This document shows positions 1 through 10,681 of a stretch of 64,000 bases of DNA, piece after piece. The DNA is taken from positions 672,001 through 736,000 of the forward strand of contig CAWKKR010000008.1 of NCBI GenBank assembly GCA_963850305.1, written 5' to 3'. Source of the stretch: an uncultured delta proteobacterium. GTDB lineage: Bacteria; Myxococcota_A; Polyangia; Polyangiales; Polyangiaceae. The notes below the pieces were generated by a model. It had not been told where the DNA came from. It saw only the letters and a program-made list of their open reading frames with translations, and searched no databases. The position numbers were made by a program, and so were the translations under genes. The first letter of the stretch is position 1. Every line of letters begins with the position of its first letter.

Positions 1-117
1 GCCTGGGCGACGACTGCCGGCCGCGTGTACCCGGCGGTCGCGCTCTTTGCGTGTGCCGCGCTGCTGCTCTTCGGCCACACCCTTCGCGACACGATCAGGG
101 CGTGGACGAAGCGGTGA
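1..117 (+). CDS. 3' end of a probable membrane protein (partial)
   Basis: Frame 1 reads AWATTAGRVYPAVALFACAALLLFGHTLRDTIRAWTKR then TGA at 115-117; hydrophobic segment. Confidence 0.5.
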   Translation, partial: AWATTAGRVYPAVALFACAALLLFGHTLRDTIRAWTKR

Positions 118-259
118 CCCTCGCGCGAGCGGAGCCCGCGAGACGGATAGCCATTGCCCGCGTCGGCGGGCGAGCACGCGCATGAGGGCACCGCTCGCGC
201 GCAGCCGGAGGCGGAGCACGAGCGGTCGGTGCGCGACGCTCCCCGCGGGGGAGCAGGAC

Positions 260-589
260 TCACTGAATCTTGCTGTAGAGCAAGAACGACACGGCAAACG
301 CGAAGAGCACCAGCGACTCGATGAGGGCCAAGCCGAGAATCATCGGGGTCTGGATACGGGGCGCCGCGCCCGGGTTTCGGCTGATGCCCTCGAGCGCGGC
401 AGCGGCAGCCCGGCCCTGTCCGAGCGCGCCGCCGAGCGCGGCGAGCGCGATCGCGAGACCCGCACCAAGGGCGGCAGCCGCTTGAACGTTGAACGCGTTC
501 GCGCCCGGGCCCTCCTGAGCAAAGGCGGACGAAGAGAGCAGAGCAGTCACCGAGCCCGCGAGGATGGCGAGCTTCTTCTTGTCGAGCAT
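260..589 (-). CDS. atpE: ATP synthase F0 subunit c with N-terminal signal-like extension
   Basis: GAGLAIALAALGGALGQG...EGISRNP...GLALIESL motif; start reassigned to ATG at 589 (MLDKKKLAIL), upstream AGGAG. Confidence 0.95.
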   Translation of the reverse strand: MLDKKKLAILAGSVTALLSSSAFAQEGPGANAFNVQAAAALGAGLAIALAALGGALGQGRAAAAALEGISRNPGAAPRIQTPMILGLALIESLVLFAFAVSFLLYSKIQ

Positions 590-642
590 TCGTTGGTCTC
601 CTTGATTCGGCCGTACGACGCGCACCGGGTGGTGCGTCGAAA

Positions 643-1415
643 TCAGTGATGTTCTTCGTGCTCGGTGGCGAGCCCGATGTAGATGCAGGTGAGCAGAGTG
701 AAAACGAGCGTTTGCACCAATACGACGATGCAAGCGAGGAAGATGACGGGGATCGGAACCAGCACGGTCAGAAAGCCCATGAAGATCGCGATCAGCAGAT
801 GATCGACGGACATATTCAGCATGAGCCGGAGAGCGAGCGTGATGGGACGCACGAAGAGCGAGATGAGCTCGATCGGGAATACCAGCCACGCGAGATACCA
901 GACCGGCCCCGCGAGGTGCTTCACGTAGCCGAAGCCGTTCTCGGTGAAGCCCCAGAAATTGAAGACGATGAAGACGATGAGCGCCGAGCCGAGCGTTACG
1001 TCGAGGCTCGTCGTCGCAACGGGGAAACCGGGAAGCAACTCCATGACGTTCGCACAGAAGACGAAACAGGCCGATGTCGCGATGAGGGGAAATATTTCTT
1101 CGCCCGCTCGGCGTCCATCACGTCTTTCGCGAGATTGTAGAAGTAGTCGAGGAAGACCTCGACGAACGTGCGAAGGGTGAGGCTCTCGTCCGGAATGATT
1201 GCAACGTCCCCCTGCTCGAGCCGCGACCGAACGAGACCCGCGATGACGAGAAGGATGAGACCGACGAGGATCGACGTCGCGACGGGTTCGAAGCTGTGCC
1301 ACGTCATCGGATGGTGGCCGACGAAGGTCTGCCCGAGCGCCTCGGCGTTTCCCGATAGCGTGTCCTTCATGTGGACGAGTACGAGGTGCGTGAGAAAACT
1401 GGTGTGCTCGGGCAT
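643..1415 (-). CDS. atpB: ATP synthase F0 subunit a (frameshift near 1086-1089, probable assembly error)
   Basis: N-terminal half in ORF 996..1415, C-terminal half (FPLI...RPITLALRL..NM..DH...VQTLVFTLL) in ORF 643..1422; adding one C to a C run joins them. Confidence 0.93.
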
Positions 1416-1418
1416 CTC

Positions 1419-1799
1419 TCAACCCCCCTCGCGCGGAGAAGCGACCGGGAGAAGCCCTGCGATCGTGATACCGATCGGAAGGGCGGCATAGCCGGCCACC
1501 AACGCCAGTACGCTCACGACGCCCCCCTTCACCAGGAGCGCGACGAGCACCAGCAGTGCAGCCGCCTTGAGCAACGCGACTCCTGCCCAGCGCCCGCGTT
1601 CGCCGTCCAGGTATACGCGGACGAGGCGTTCGAGCACCCAGAGATTCGACGCGGCGAGCACCCCGCCGACGAGTACGCCGATCGCAGCGTGCGCGCCGAA
1701 AGCGAAGACCGATCCGGCGAGAAGCAGCGCTCCGCTCGCAGCGACGCTCACGTAGGCGGCCGTCATGCTCGCGTCTCTATCTGTCGTCTTCGTGGTCAT
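1419..1799 (-). CDS. atpI: ATP synthase subunit I-like membrane protein
   Basis: Four hydrophobic segments, directly upstream of atpB. Confidence 0.75.
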   Translation of the reverse strand: MTTKTTDRDASMTAAYVSVAASGALLLAGSVFAFGAHAAIGVLVGGVLAASNLWVLERLVRVYLDGERGRWAGVALLKAAALLVLVALLVKGGVVSVLALVAGYAALPIGITIAGLLPVASPREGG

Positions 1800-2049
1800 G
1801 AAAGTGCTGTCGCGCTGCCCTGTCTTTTCGTTCTTGTTCTTCCGCGTCCCGATTCGCTCGTTCGAGAGCCCTGAGGAGGGTCCGAATGGCCGCGGCCAGG
1901 CCGAATCCGAAACCGACGATCGTGAAGATGTAATGAGTGCCGAATCTTCGATCGAGCCATCGTCCGCCGAACATGCCGACGAGAATGCTCAGCGCGAAGT
2001 CGAGCCCGACCGTCGAGTAACTACCGATCCCTTTCCAGCTGCTGTTCAC
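1777..2049 (-). CDS. AtpZ/AtpI-family protein
   Basis: VGLDFALSILVGMFGGRWLDRRFGT..FTIVGFGFG motif; first gene of the F0 operon. Confidence 0.85.
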   Translation of the reverse strand: MNSSWKGIGSYSTVGLDFALSILVGMFGGRWLDRRFGTHYIFTIVGFGFGLAAAIRTLLRALERANRDAEEQERKDRAARQHFHDHEDDR

Positions 2050-2074
2050 AAATACTGTAAAAAAGGCGGCCTGC

Positions 2075-2103
2075 CATTAACACGGCTGGTGTTCTTGGGT
2101 CAA
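2075..2103 (-). promoter_or_regulatory. Candidate sigma70-type promoter of the atp operon
   Basis: TTGACC, 16-17 nt, GTTAAT/TTAATG on the minus strand, about 30 nt upstream of the GTG start. Confidence 0.4.
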
Positions 2104-2213
2104 TGAGCGCCTGCCCGGTTTGCGACAGCGCGCTCGGAAGCGGCCGTCCCGTGCAGCTTTTGCTCGAGGGATGCTGCGGGGACCATGCGTTGGAGTGCTA
2201 AGTTGTCACGGAC

Positions 2214-3150
2214 ATGCGGAAGTCACGCTTCGGCTTTCCGATGGGGATCTGGCGAGCGGGGGGACTGATCCTTTTCGCCCACGTTTGCCGTGCGCAAGCG
2301 CTGACGCCACCGGACCCGACCCAAATGCCGCGATCCTCGCAACCACCGGCAGCTGCGACGCCGATGGCACCAAAAGCGTCGTCGGCTCCGCCCGAGTCCA
2401 CGCTATCCGCGACCCCGGAACTGCCGCTCTACTACGTCGAACCGGCCCCGCCGCCGCCGGCGGGACCGGGCACGCCGCCTCAGCAGGGGCAATTCTTCGA
2501 AAGTGAACCGCCTCCTCCGACGCCCAGCGATGGCGTGCGCACCACCGCACTTTGGGTTGGCGCGCGCGCGGCGCTCTTCGTTCCATTCGGCAACGTTTGG
2601 TACGATGGGTTTCCGGGGGCCTACGGGACCGCGTACCGAGGCCGCAGCTTCGCAAACTTCGCGGCACCCGGCCCGGCCTTGGAACTAGACGCCGGTATAC
2701 GCCTCGCTCGGCAGTACAACGTGTTCGCTCTTTGGGAACACGCTTCGCTTGGGACGGGCGACCTGCAGAGCGGCAATTTCGCGGGGGGCCAGAATCGTGG
2801 GTCGACGAACCTTTTTGCGCTCGGCGTTCGGTACTCGACGGACCCGACGTCCGTCGGACTCCTGGTGGAGTTTGACATTGGCTATCGTGAGTTCACGACC
2901 AGCTGGGCGGACGACACTCGCTTGAGTCTGAGCCGCGGCTGGCCCGACGCCCGCTTCGGCATCGGAACCGACATTCGCTTGAGCCAGACATTTTCTGTGT
3001 CGCCCATGATTGTCCTCGGCGGCGGATTCGTTCACGAATATCTCCGCGTCCGGGCCGAACGCCGTGAACGTCGCGCGAGGACAGCCCTCCGAGCCCGCCG
3101 ACTACGGAACGCTCAGCCTGCAGATCGGTGCACACGCGGATCTTCTCTAG
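2214..3150 (+). CDS. Pro-rich exported outer-membrane beta-barrel-like protein (frameshift near 3027)
   Basis: Signal peptide, Pro-rich linker, amphipathic strands; removing one T after GGCGGCGGA gives SFTNISASG...LQIGAHADLL then TAG at 3148-3150. Confidence 0.65.
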
Positions 3151-3171
3151 GAACCGCGCGGACCTCGACCA

Positions 3172-3948
3172 TCAATGGGTGCACGAACCGTTCGAGCAGG
3201 TCTCTCCGGGAGGGCAGTCCGAGGTCAGGAGGCACCCGGTGCACTTCCAGGTCTGCGGGTTGCAGTGCGGTGTCGATCCCGAGCAATTCGTGTCCGTCGC
3301 GCACGCCACGCACAGTCCGCCGGGACCGCAGACGGGTAAAGCCCTGGTACACTCGGCCCCGGCGTCGTAGCCGAAGCATTCAACGCAGACGTGCTGGGTC
3401 GTGTCGCATTTCGGCCGAAAGATGTCCGCGGTGCAATCAGCATCCGTATCGCACGTATCGTAGCAGCTACCGTTCACGGGATTGCAGGCGACGGGGCCCG
3501 CGCCGCAATTCGTGTTGCTGAGACATTCGACGCAGGCGCCGTTCGGCGAGCAATACGGAGTGGCGGCACGGCACTGGCTTGACGATGTGCACTGGACGCA
3601 CTTCAGTTTGACGGGATCGCAATAACCAAAGCCGGTCCCTGCACAGTTGACGTACGTCAAACATTGGACGCACGTCGCGCTCGTGGCGTCGCAATACGGA
3701 GTCGGCGGGGCACATTGTGAGTCATGCGCACAAGCGGTGGTCCCCGGCTCGCCGCCGGTGCCGACGGACGCGCCACCCCCTGAGCCTAGTCCCCCCGTTC
3801 CCATAGACGCCCCGCCACCTTTCGCTCCGCCGTCAACACCGAGGGTCGGATCCTTCACCGTCACGCAGCCGCCGAGCATGACCCCCGCGGCGGCGAGGTA
3901 GCAGCCGATCCTGACGCGAAAAAAGCTCTGACTCACTTTTTCAGACAT
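3172..3948 (-). CDS. Cys-rich repeat lipoprotein (myxobacterial type)
   Basis: LGGC lipobox, Gly-rich linker, repeated CxxxxxC...CVxC units. Confidence 0.8.
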   Translation of the reverse strand: MSEKVSQSFFRVRIGCYLAAAGVMLGGCVTVKDPTLGVDGGAKGGGASMGTGGLGSGGGASVGTGGEPGTTACAHDSQCAPPTPYCDATSATCVQCLTYVNCAGTGFGYCDPVKLKCVQCTSSSQCRAATPYCSPNGACVECLSNTNCGAGPVACNPVNGSCYDTCDTDADCTADIFRPKCDTTQHVCVECFGYDAGAECTRALPVCGPGGLCVACATDTNCSGSTPHCNPQTWKCTGCLLTSDCPPGETCSNGSCTH

Positions 3949-4215
3949 GCGATCACGGAGCTCGCGTGGAAGAAAGCCGACCGACCGTAACGCGGAAGTA
4001 CCGCACGGTCTCCGGAAAAGGTTCGTCGCGAAGAGCGGAGTGATTCCGCTGGGATCGATTACTCGATCTTTACGTTACGTTGCGTGCGCCTCACGAATGA
4101 TTCACGCGGGTCGAGCCGCAGGACTGGCGGAAAGTTTGCCGAAAAACGGCGTTCGAAAAGCCCGCCGCTCGTCTTACGGTGCTGCCGAACCGCACGTGGC
4201 GGACAACACCTTCGA

Positions 4216-4968
4216 ATGAATTGCATCGGCCTCGTCGCTCTTTTCGTCGCGCTTCTGGTGGGAAAGCCTGCAGAAGCCGACTTGGCTTCGGCACTTGTGG
4301 GAGCTAGCTCGTCGCAGCACCCGCCTCCCGAAGTCAAAAGTGGCGAGCCCGGCGCGTCACCTCCGGCGCCTCCGGAGGGCAACGGTTCGTCCGACACTAC
4401 TTCCTCGCCGGCGTCTTCAGCGGAGGTCAGCGAGCCGCAGCCGGCGCCCCACGACGGCTCTCAACGAGCAGCCGGGGTTGCAACGCCGCAACCGGCATTT
4501 CCCGAAGACGTCCGTCAAGCGAACGACTCCCTTTACGTCGAAGCACTCGGGCCGGCGATCTACTATTCGCTCAATTACGATCGCATCATCGGGCCCGTCG
4601 CAGCGCGCATCGGCGTCGGCATGATGTTCGGCAAAGAAGAATCGCAGAACGGCGTGGGAGGCTCCGTGCCGACAACCCTTTTGCTGGCGATACCGATCAC
4701 CGTGAGCTACGTAGGCGACGGGCCGCTCTGGGACATGTTCGAGGCAGGCGCGGGAGTCGTCATCACGCATGTCGCAGCCCGGGCAAGCGGGCTCTACATC
4801 AAAGAGAATGCAACGGCCGTGACGGCTCCAATTGCGACAGCGTTCCTCGGATACCGATATCAGCCGCCCGATGGTGGTCTGCTGGTTCGCGTCGGCATCT
4901 CGACCCTGGTCAGTCGATATGGTTTCTATCCCGTTTGGCCATACGGCTCGCTCGGCGTCGCGTTCTAG
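4216..4968 (+). CDS. Exported outer-membrane beta-barrel-like protein
   Basis: Likely start MNCIGLVALF at 4216; Ser/Pro linker; YSLNYDR, GYRYQP; terminal Phe. Confidence 0.7.
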   Translation: MNCIGLVALFVALLVGKPAEADLASALVGASSSQHPPPEVKSGEPGASPPAPPEGNGSSDTTSSPASSAEVSEPQPAPHDGSQRAAGVATPQPAFPEDVRQANDSLYVEALGPAIYYSLNYDRIIGPVAARIGVGMMFGKEESQNGVGGSVPTTLLLAIPITVSYVGDGPLWDMFEAGAGVVITHVAARASGLYIKENATAVTAPIATAFLGYRYQPPDGGLLVRVGISTLVSRYGFYPVWPYGSLGVAF

Positions 4969-6542
4969 CTCGTCGGAGTAATGCTCGGCGGAGCAGCCGG
5001 CAGGTACACCGAAAACCGGGTGCCCTTCGGCTCGAGCGGCGTGGCGCGAATCCGCCCTCCGTGCGCCTCGATGATCTCGCGCGTGATGACGAGACCAAGT
5101 CCAGTACCGTGCCCTTTTGTCGTGAAAAATGGCTCGAAGAGCCGTTCGCGAGCCTCCGCGTCGATGCCGCTTCCTGCGTCGTCGACGGTCAGTTCGGCGC
5201 CTTCGCCGGCACGCGAGACCCCGAGAACGATGCGACCACCTGACGGCATTGCCTCCCGCGCGTTCCGGAGCAAGTTGTAGAGCACCTGGCGAATCTGCGC
5301 CTCATCCACCACGATGGACGGCAAGCCCGGTTGCACCTCGAGGGCAACCGTGATCCCGTGAGCCTCGAGGTCCGCACGCATGAACGTGAGGGCGTCCCGG
5401 CAAATCTGGCCCAGGTCCTCGCTCTCGAGCCGGGGAGGTTTGCGGCGCGCTACCGACAAGTATCTCTCGCTGAGAGCAGTCAGCCGGTCCACCTCGCTCT
5501 TGACGGCGCGGAGCAGCGTCCGCGCTTCCGAATCCTCGGCTATCTCCTCTTCGAGCAGGTCGGCGTTCAGTGCGAGGGACGAGAGGGGGTTTCTGATTTC
5601 GTGCGTGACGTGCGCCGCCATCTTGCCGATGGTAGCGAGTCGCTCGGCGGCAAGGAGCTCCGCGTTCGCGCGAGCGATCGCTCTCACCATCGCTTCGAAG
5701 GTCGTGGCGAGTTCCCCGATTTCGTCGTTCGACGGCGTCATCGGCCGCGGCGTCAGATCGCCGCTCGCAACGGCTTTCGCCCTCTCCGTGACCGCGGCAA
5801 GCGGCGCGAGGACCCGCCGCGCGTAGAGCGCCATGAGGACGCCGACGATTAGTGTGAAGCCGGCTAGAGCAACCAAGAGTCGCATCGCCCACTGCTCCCG
5901 CGTGCGAGCCTCGGCGATCAGAGAATCCACGAGCGTGTCCACTCGCTGCTCGAGCTGGCTCAGGCGCCTCTTCGCCTGGTGACCGCGCGACACGAGCTGA
6001 TCGCGGAGCTGTTCGGCCCGATCTCCGTCACGATCATTCAGGGAGTCGAACAAGCGCGGCAGGAGATCACGGTCCCCTTCCAGGAAATGCTCGATGTCGT
6101 TCGCCTCCGCGGTGAACTCCGAGCCTGCGTGGCGCAGCGCGGGGTCGTCGGACGAAAAGGCGCTGGCGATCGCGTCGCGCAACGCCAGAAAGGTCTGTGG
6201 GCGGCCTCCTCGGAGGGCGATATCGAACCACACCCGCTGATCCGCTGGGTTTTTCGCGGACGTCACGTGGTTCAGCTGCGTGTTCCACACATCCTGACTT
6301 CCCACTGCGTCGCGCAGGGCAAGAGCCAGCGGGAGGTAACCGGAGCGCATCGTCACCGCGTCCCGGGCGGCACTGCGCAGGGCCGCGACGGACCATCCGA
6401 CGACAAGCGAAAACGCGAGCGCGACTATCGCATACGAGATCAGCACCCGCGTGGCGACGGTCCGCTTGCGGCCCCCACGCTCGGTTACGTGGCGGACGCC
6501 ATCCGGGGCGGACGGTTTCGATCCGGACGGACCCGCCGTCAT
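4965..6542 (-). CDS. Membrane sensor histidine kinase (HAMP, HisKA, HATPase)
   Basis: Two TM segments, DEIGELA HAMP, HEIRNPL H-box, FFTTK..GTGLGL. Confidence 0.93.
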   Translation of the reverse strand: MTAGPSGSKPSAPDGVRHVTERGGRKRTVATRVLISYAIVALAFSLVVGWSVAALRSAARDAVTMRSGYLPLALALRDAVGSQDVWNTQLNHVTSAKNPADQRVWFDIALRGGRPQTFLALRDAIASAFSSDDPALRHAGSEFTAEANDIEHFLEGDRDLLPRLFDSLNDRDGDRAEQLRDQLVSRGHQAKRRLSQLEQRVDTLVDSLIAEARTREQWAMRLLVALAGFTLIVGVLMALYARRVLAPLAAVTERAKAVASGDLTPRPMTPSNDEIGELATTFEAMVRAIARANAELLAAERLATIGKMAAHVTHEIRNPLSSLALNADLLEEEIAEDSEARTLLRAVKSEVDRLTALSERYLSVARRKPPRLESEDLGQICRDALTFMRADLEAHGITVALEVQPGLPSIVVDEAQIRQVLYNLLRNAREAMPSGGRIVLGVSRAGEGAELTVDDAGSGIDAEARERLFEPFFTTKGHGTGLGLVITREIIEAHGGRIRATPLEPKGTRFSVYLPAAPPSITPTS

Positions 6543-8491
6543 AGTCGGTTCTTGGGTGCTCCCGCTTTTCGTCCGAGGCGCTTACCGGCGCCCGGCTTGG
6601 TCTGACGCAAGGCGGGCGTGTTTGCGTGCGGCTTCGGAGGCACTGGTGCCCGGACCTGGCCGTTCACGTGGGGAGCGGGAACCTCGTGCACCCCGCCGTC
6701 GGCGGGTTGGGGCAGGTGTATCTCGAAAGTCGCGCCACGGCTCGTCGAGCGGACGTCCACCGAGCCGCCATGCTCGTCGGCGATCTTCTTTACGATGGCG
6801 AGCCCGAGCCCAGTCCCCCCGGATTTGCCGGCGGTAACGAAGGACTGGAACAGTCGGCCTTCGATCTCCTTGGGGACCCCGGCGCCTGTGTCCGAAACGC
6901 CAATCACGAGCTCGCTTGCGTCGAGGCGAGCCTCCAACGTGAGCCGACCGCCGCGATCGGCCATCGCCTCGATCGCATTTCGAACGAGGTTGTGAATCGC
7001 CCGAGCCACATGCGCCTCGTCGAAACGGGCGACTGCTTTGGAGTCGACGACCATCGAGAGCTCGATCGCCTTACCGTCGAGTTCGTGCGCAACCTGCTGG
7101 CGGATGTCATTGAAGAATTTATGGAGGTACACTTTGCGAACGAAGACGCGTCGCTCACCTCGAGCAAACTCCAGCACTTCGCGCTGCATCGCGGTGAGCA
7201 GATCGAACTGACGTAGGATCTGTGCGGCGTACTCCCTTCGTTGATCGGCATCGTCTACGCCCGCGAGTAGCTGCACGTAGCCGCTGATGACCGTCATCGG
7301 TGTCTTGAAGTCGTGAATAACCTGCGAAAGAAGCCTGCCGATGGCGGTCAGCCGTTCACTGCGTTCGCGCGCGGCACTCGCATGAAAGAGCCGTACCGCG
7401 GTCGAAACGTTCGCCGTCACGAGAGCGAGCAAAGAGACGTCTTGATCGGTGAACGATCGGCCGCCGCGCTTGGTGAAGATCCCGAGGGCACCGAGCGCAC
7501 CGCCGTCGCCCTCCAGGGGAAGGGCCGCGATGGACTCGACGGGAAACGTGAATCGTCCTTCGACGCGTTCGTTCCAATCCGACGCCGGGCGAGTGATCTG
7601 GCCCCGCCTGGGCTCGCGTCCGGTCATCACGCGCGAGAGAAACCCCTCGCCATTCTTGATCCCGAACCGTCCGAGGCTATCGGCAATGTCGGCGTCGTGG
7701 ACGTATTGAACCAGGTCGCCGCTCCCCTCTTCTGCGAGGAGAAGTGACGCCCCGCGTGCCTCGCTCGCTTTGGTGGCAGCACGCAGCGCCGCGAGCGCGA
7801 GCTCGTCGACGGTTGCGGCGCGCGCGGTCGAGCGTTCGAGCTCGAAGAGAAGTTCCAGATCCTTCACCCGGTGTTCGAGCTGCACCTTCGTCTCCAGGAG
7901 CTGGCGATTCTTCTGGATGAGCGACAGGAACAGACGTGAGTTGTCTATCGCAACGGCGGCCTGCATGGACAGCGCCGACAGAATTGCCTCGTCCTCGAAC
8001 GTGAACTCTTCGGCGGTCTTCTTGTTCAACACCTGGATGACGCCGATCGTACGTCCCAGGTGATTCTTCAGTGGCGCGGCCAGCATCGTTGTCGTTCGAA
8101 ATCCGGTGAGCATGTCCCATTCCGGCTCGAACCGCGGATCCCCATAGGCGTCGCGGATCCGGATGGGCTTTCCGGTCTTCGCGACCGTCCCCGCTATGCC
8201 GTGCCCGACCTTGAGACGAATCGAGCGGACATGTTGTCCCACCGCGATCCGGCTGACCAAATCGCCGCTGGCTTCATCGAGAAGATAGAGCGTGGAGCGG
8301 TCCGCCTCGAGGAGATCGGTGAGCCGCCCCAGGATGAGCTCGAGCAAATCGTCGAGATCGAGCGTCGTCCCGAGCGCATTGCCGACTTCCCGAAGGGCGC
8401 GGGCGATTCGTTCCTCTCGCGCCAGCGCGCGTCGGAGCTCGACGAGCGCCCCTGTTTCGGCCTTGGCCGGATCCACGGCGCGGCGCACCAT
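6539..8491 (-). CDS. Cytoplasmic tandem-GAF histidine kinase
   Basis: GAF motifs (IGVIQVLNK, FTxxD) twice, HDFKTP H-box, GTGLGL. Confidence 0.92.
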   Translation of the reverse strand: MVRRAVDPAKAETGALVELRRALAREERIARALREVGNALGTTLDLDDLLELILGRLTDLLEADRSTLYLLDEASGDLVSRIAVGQHVRSIRLKVGHGIAGTVAKTGKPIRIRDAYGDPRFEPEWDMLTGFRTTTMLAAPLKNHLGRTIGVIQVLNKKTAEEFTFEDEAILSALSMQAAVAIDNSRLFLSLIQKNRQLLETKVQLEHRVKDLELLFELERSTARAATVDELALAALRAATKASEARGASLLLAEEGSGDLVQYVHDADIADSLGRFGIKNGEGFLSRVMTGREPRRGQITRPASDWNERVEGRFTFPVESIAALPLEGDGGALGALGIFTKRGGRSFTDQDVSLLALVTANVSTAVRLFHASAARERSERLTAIGRLLSQVIHDFKTPMTVISGYVQLLAGVDDADQRREYAAQILRQFDLLTAMQREVLEFARGERRVFVRKVYLHKFFNDIRQQVAHELDGKAIELSMVVDSKAVARFDEAHVARAIHNLVRNAIEAMADRGGRLTLEARLDASELVIGVSDTGAGVPKEIEGRLFQSFVTAGKSGGTGLGLAIVKKIADEHGGSVDVRSTSRGATFEIHLPQPADGGVHEVPAPHVNGQVRAPVPPKPHANTPALRQTKPGAGKRLGRKAGAPKNRL

Positions 8492-8631
8492 CTGCGGATC
8501 GAATCATGGACCCGGCGATGAATCCATTGTCCAGCCGATTCCCCGCGGAATTCTTGCCCAGACCCGACCCCCGTTGCCATCCGTGGGCGACCCGTGTTGC
8601 CCGAGCGGCCGCCCTTGAGTACTAAGTCGAC

Positions 8632-8910
8632 ATGGCCTTGAAGCAGCTGCAGCTGATCATCAGGGGCCGCGTCCAAGGCGTCTACTTTCGCGCGTCTGCC
8701 CAGCGGGAGGCCAAGCGCCTCGGGCTCGGCGGGTGGGTCAAGAATCGCACCGACGGTTATGTCGAGATCCTCGCAGAGGGCGAAGAGGAGGCCATTCGCG
8801 AGCTCTACGGGTGGGCCCAGAAGGGCCCGACCGCGGCGCGGGTCGACCGCGTCGACACGCGATGGCGGAGTTTCACGGGTGACTTCGCGGATTTTCGCAT
8901 CGTGGATTGA
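8632..8910 (+). CDS. acyP: Acylphosphatase
   Basis: GRVQGVYFR...GWVKNRTDG.VE signature. Confidence 0.95.
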   Translation: MALKQLQLIIRGRVQGVYFRASAQREAKRLGLGGWVKNRTDGYVEILAEGEEEAIRELYGWAQKGPTAARVDRVDTRWRSFTGDFADFRIVD

Positions 8911-10475
8911 TGCGAGTTCGTAATCGGCCCGTGCGCGCGCTCCCGAACATGGTTCGTCGCACGCTCAACGCCGCGCCGCTCGTCGGCGCGATCATCATGA
9001 CGGGGTGGGCGCGCGCCGTTCCGGAGCGCACCTCCAGCATCGCCCCCGGACCACGGATTTTCGATCCGAGCACCGTGCCGAGCAACGATCCGACCGGTCT
9101 CTCCCTGAACCCCTTGCCGAAACCTCCGTCTCTGGAGGTTCGGGCGCCGACCCCGGCTTCCGTGGAAGCATTGGATGCGCACCTGGCGCAGCTCGTGGGC
9201 CGCGACGCGTCGGAACGTGAAACAGCGGTCGAAGAGATCCTCGAGGTGGAGCCGGACGCGTTCCCAGCGATCCACGAACGTCTGGGGACGCTCGCGGAAT
9301 CCAGTGACCACGCCGGGATGAAGGACGTGCTCGCTTCCATTCGAGACAGGACCCGCCAAGAAAGCGGCAAGAACGCTCCCGCGCCGGATCATCTAGAAAT
9401 GCTCGAGTCTCACGCGCGGCCAGACTCCAAGAATTGGCAAGAACTGGTTCGCCTCCTGGCGATGAGTCGCATGCTCCAGCAGATCGGGACCGTCCCGGCG
9501 GCGCGTGAGATCATCGGCATCTACGCGCGTTTCGGGGATTTCATGCGCATCGACGCGCAGATCGAGCTCGAGAAACTTGGCGACCGCGCCGTGGCCGCGC
9601 TGATCGAAGCGGAACGGCATCCCGCGCCGAAGATCGCGCGGTGGGCCACGCGGCAACTCGACACGCTGGGCAAGGCGATCCCGAGCGAAGCAATCCAGAC
9701 GAACGACCCAGAGGTTCTCGCCGACATCCTCCGTGCCTACGGCCGCGCGCGCAACCCCGATGCCGCAAGGCTCGTGATCTCGTTCGCCAACAGCGAAAGG
9801 GCGCAGGTTCGCGATGCCGCGCGCGAAGCGGTGGTGCTCATGGGAGAGGTCGCGAACTGGCAGCTCCGCGACACGTACGAGAACGTCGTCGGGAAGAAGC
9901 CACCGCGGGAGTGGTCGTGGGACCGCTCGGCCCGTGAGCTGTTCGCACAATACGATCGGCTGAGGCTCTCTCAGGTCAACGTGCTGTTCGCACAGGGACT
10001 CGCCGCGGAGCGGGCCGGCAAACTCAACCAGATGGTGGACGCCTACGATGCAGTACTCGCTCAGACTCCGATGTTCGAGCGGTCGACAGAGATGATCCCC
10101 GGCTACATTGCGTATGCGAAGATGCACATCGACGAGGCGCCCGACGAGGCGGCGCAAGCACTCCGTCGCGTTACACGACTGTCCGCCGATGGCCCCGAGG
10201 GAAAGCCGGCGCAGAGTCTACTCTTGACACTCGATGCTGAGCGACTGCTGGCGCGTCACGTCGCGGATGAGGTGCTGGTCCGGCGCGCGCTCGAACTCGA
10301 TCCGACCAACGCGCGAGCGCGACGCTTGCTCGAGCAGATGAGTCACGGGGACACCGAGGTGCAGGGACGCGCACGCCGTTACGTTGCGGCGAGCGTCATC
10401 CTCGTCCTCGCCCTCACGGCGCTCGCGTTCATCTTGTTCCGGCGACGACCCGTGTCCGCCGAGTCGTCACCTTGA
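8907..10475 (+). CDS. HEAT/TPR-like helical protein with C-terminal membrane anchor
   Basis: Helical repeats, ALELDPTN TPR-like motif, C-terminal TM followed by RRR; start uncertain. Confidence 0.7.
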   Translation: MMRVRNRPVRALPNMVRRTLNAAPLVGAIIMTGWARAVPERTSSIAPGPRIFDPSTVPSNDPTGLSLNPLPKPPSLEVRAPTPASVEALDAHLAQLVGRDASERETAVEEILEVEPDAFPAIHERLGTLAESSDHAGMKDVLASIRDRTRQESGKNAPAPDHLEMLESHARPDSKNWQELVRLLAMSRMLQQIGTVPAAREIIGIYARFGDFMRIDAQIELEKLGDRAVAALIEAERHPAPKIARWATRQLDTLGKAIPSEAIQTNDPEVLADILRAYGRARNPDAARLVISFANSERAQVRDAAREAVVLMGEVANWQLRDTYENVVGKKPPREWSWDRSARELFAQYDRLRLSQVNVLFAQGLAAERAGKLNQMVDAYDAVLAQTPMFERSTEMIPGYIAYAKMHIDEAPDEAAQALRRVTRLSADGPEGKPAQSLLLTLDAERLLARHVADEVLVRRALELDPTNARARRLLEQMSHGDTEVQGRARRYVAASVILVLALTALAFILFRRRPVSAESSP

Positions 10476-10681
10476 GGGCCGGGCCCTGAGGGCAACGCGG
10501 CGCCGCGCGGGGCCCCGTGCTCGCGAACGCACGGACGGCGATCACGCTGCGGTCGCCGGCGGCGAGGCGAACGCCGACGACGGTGCGAACGACGTGCCTG
10601 ACGTCGCACCCACAAAAGAAGAACGATTCCTTCCGGATTCGGTGCCGATTGACGGCGCTACGAGCGCGGCGACCCGCTCGT

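Noticed and set aside
1080..1095. Programmed frameshift or pseudogene in atpB
   Set aside because: One-base loss in a homopolymer; one of five similar indels in the window, so an assembly error is more likely
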